Source of the DNA: a virus
Taxonomy: Duplodnaviria > Caudoviricetes
Strand: one strand, 5' to 3'
DNA length: 64,000 nucleotides
Virus record (IMG/VR): IMGVR_UViG_3300014204_000181
Coordinates: 4,804 to 68,803 of that record
How positions within the stretch are numbered: position 1 is the stretch's first letter; the number at the start of each line of letters is the position of its first letter. Shown here in pieces: positions 63,272 to 64,000 of this stretch. The notes beneath the pieces are model-generated. The model had not been told where the DNA came from. It did no database searches and saw only the letters and a program-made list of their open reading frames with translations. Position numbers and translations under genes: made by a program.

Positions 63272-63528
63272 TTCATCCCCCATTTCACCTTGACGTAGAC
63301 CATCCCCGCTCCCAACACCAGTGCTATGCTGTTCCAGATAATTACTGCCATCAATCCGTACATGATTCCATATACCAGCCAGAAGCCGATACCTACAGTA
63401 AAAAGCACACTGAACGTCAAGCTCATGTCCCGTGCACTTTTTGATTTGAAGGATTTCCATACTTGAGGGATCATGCTGACTGTCGTCAATAATCCACCGA
63501 TGAACCCAATGACTTCCTTGATATCCAT
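63268..63528 (-). CDS. SemiSWEET (PQ-loop) sugar transporter
   Basis: 86 aa, three TM helices, TTVSMIPQVWKSFKSKSARDMS, WLVYG, WNSI. Confidence 0.9.
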   Translation of the reverse strand: MDIKEVIGFIGGLLTTVSMIPQVWKSFKSKSARDMSLTFSVLFTVGIGFWLVYGIMYGLMAVIIWNSIALVLGAGMVYVKVKWGMK

Positions 63529-63531
63529 GCG

Positions 63532-63999
63532 TTATTCCCCTATTGAATAGTAAACGTTTTCATTCCAGTCCGGACACCTTAACTTACTTTTGTTGATACA
63601 TGCCGGAACGGGAAAGTTTAGAAACGGGAAGAGATTAAATAATCCTGCCGGACACATATGATCCTCTTTATTGAATGTCGGGAAAAAGATGATTTCACCA
63701 GGTTCGTATTTATATTCACACGGACCATTGACAGTGATAACTTCCGCATGGATAACGTCACGCCAGGGCGTGGGTACCACTGGGCCAAATCTTTTTTCAT
63801 AGGGCCGCTTCTTTACCATGAAGTCCACACCCTTTTCCGCGGGACAGCATACCTGGCAATCGCCTTGTACATTCTTACCATAATTGGCGCCGAAAACAAA
63901 CCCCAGGAAATAGGGATACAGGGAATGAAACGCAAAAGGACATTGATTTAGAAGAGTAAGATACTCCCTTCCTTCTTTGGGGTCGTCCTTGTGCCATGG
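63532..63999 (-). CDS. Cys-motif protein with two TIGR04076-like units (5' end outside window)
   Basis: Frame open to the window edge: CPFAFHSLYPY...CCP then C...MCPAGLFNLFPF...CPD. Confidence 0.6.
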   Translation of the reverse strand, partial: PWHKDDPKEGREYLTLLNQCPFAFHSLYPYFLGFVFGANYGKNVQGDCQVCCPAEKGVDFMVKKRPYEKRFGPVVPTPWRDVIHAEVITVNGPCEYKYEPGEIIFFPTFNKEDHMCPAGLFNLFPFLNFPVPACINKSKLRCPDWNENVYYSIGE

Positions 64000-64000
64000 A

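Larger units (their letters stand above)
1..64000. mobile_element. dsDNA tailed bacteriophage genome segment (podovirus-like; incomplete at both ends)
   Basis: Continuous terminase-portal-scaffold-capsid-tail-lysis-ejection gene order, a phage replication module, dense overlapping ORFs, and no host housekeeping genes. Confidence 0.96.

Noticed and set aside
63272-63460. 63-aa N-terminal extension of the GT2-rSAM ORF in the track
   Set aside because: It overlaps the SemiSWEET gene on the same strand; the GT2 domain starts at Met 63271 with an ATGA coupling.
1-64000. tRNA, rRNA, integrase, repressor cassette, DNA polymerase, or alternative genetic code
   Set aside because: None recognised by eye. 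Long ORFs are intact under the standard code. The genome continues beyond both edges, so lifestyle cannot be called; tRNAscan-SE was not run.

Overview
The whole window is one dsDNA tailed-phage genome segment (podovirus-like architecture, N4-gp56-type major capsid protein). Spanin-like genes imply a Gram-negative host. Both ends cut through genes. Layout: (1) 1-6.75 kb, + strand: replication module (SNF2 helicase, ssDNA-binding-like protein, UvrD helicase, VRR-NUC, primase-polymerase), then an AT-rich origin-like array of 11 TGTGACAC repeats. (2) 7.2-9.7 kb, - strand: small early genes. (3) 10.6-48.9 kb, + strand: packaging, head, tail, lysis and ejection genes, including an FkbM methyltransferase, a Tad2-like anti-defence domain and a 3685-aa DarB-like polyvalent protein. 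(4) 48.9-64 kb, mostly - strand: a sugar-biosynthesis and modification island (RfbF, RfbG, NDP-sugar C-methyltransferase, CmcI-like O-methyltransferase, two B12 radical SAM enzymes, GT4, a GT2-radical SAM fusion, SemiSWEET), interrupted by mosaic small genes. The main candidate novel system is phage-encoded virion protein O-glycosylation. A GT4 + Aah/TibC-like protein O-glycosyltransferase fusion sits inside the structural operon, near a (Gly-Thr-Ser)n protein, and many neighbouring virion proteins carry Gly-Thr motifs or C-terminal GT(A/S)GT tags. All family assignments come from motif recognition by eye; no database search was run. No tRNA, rRNA, CRISPR array or integrase was recognised.
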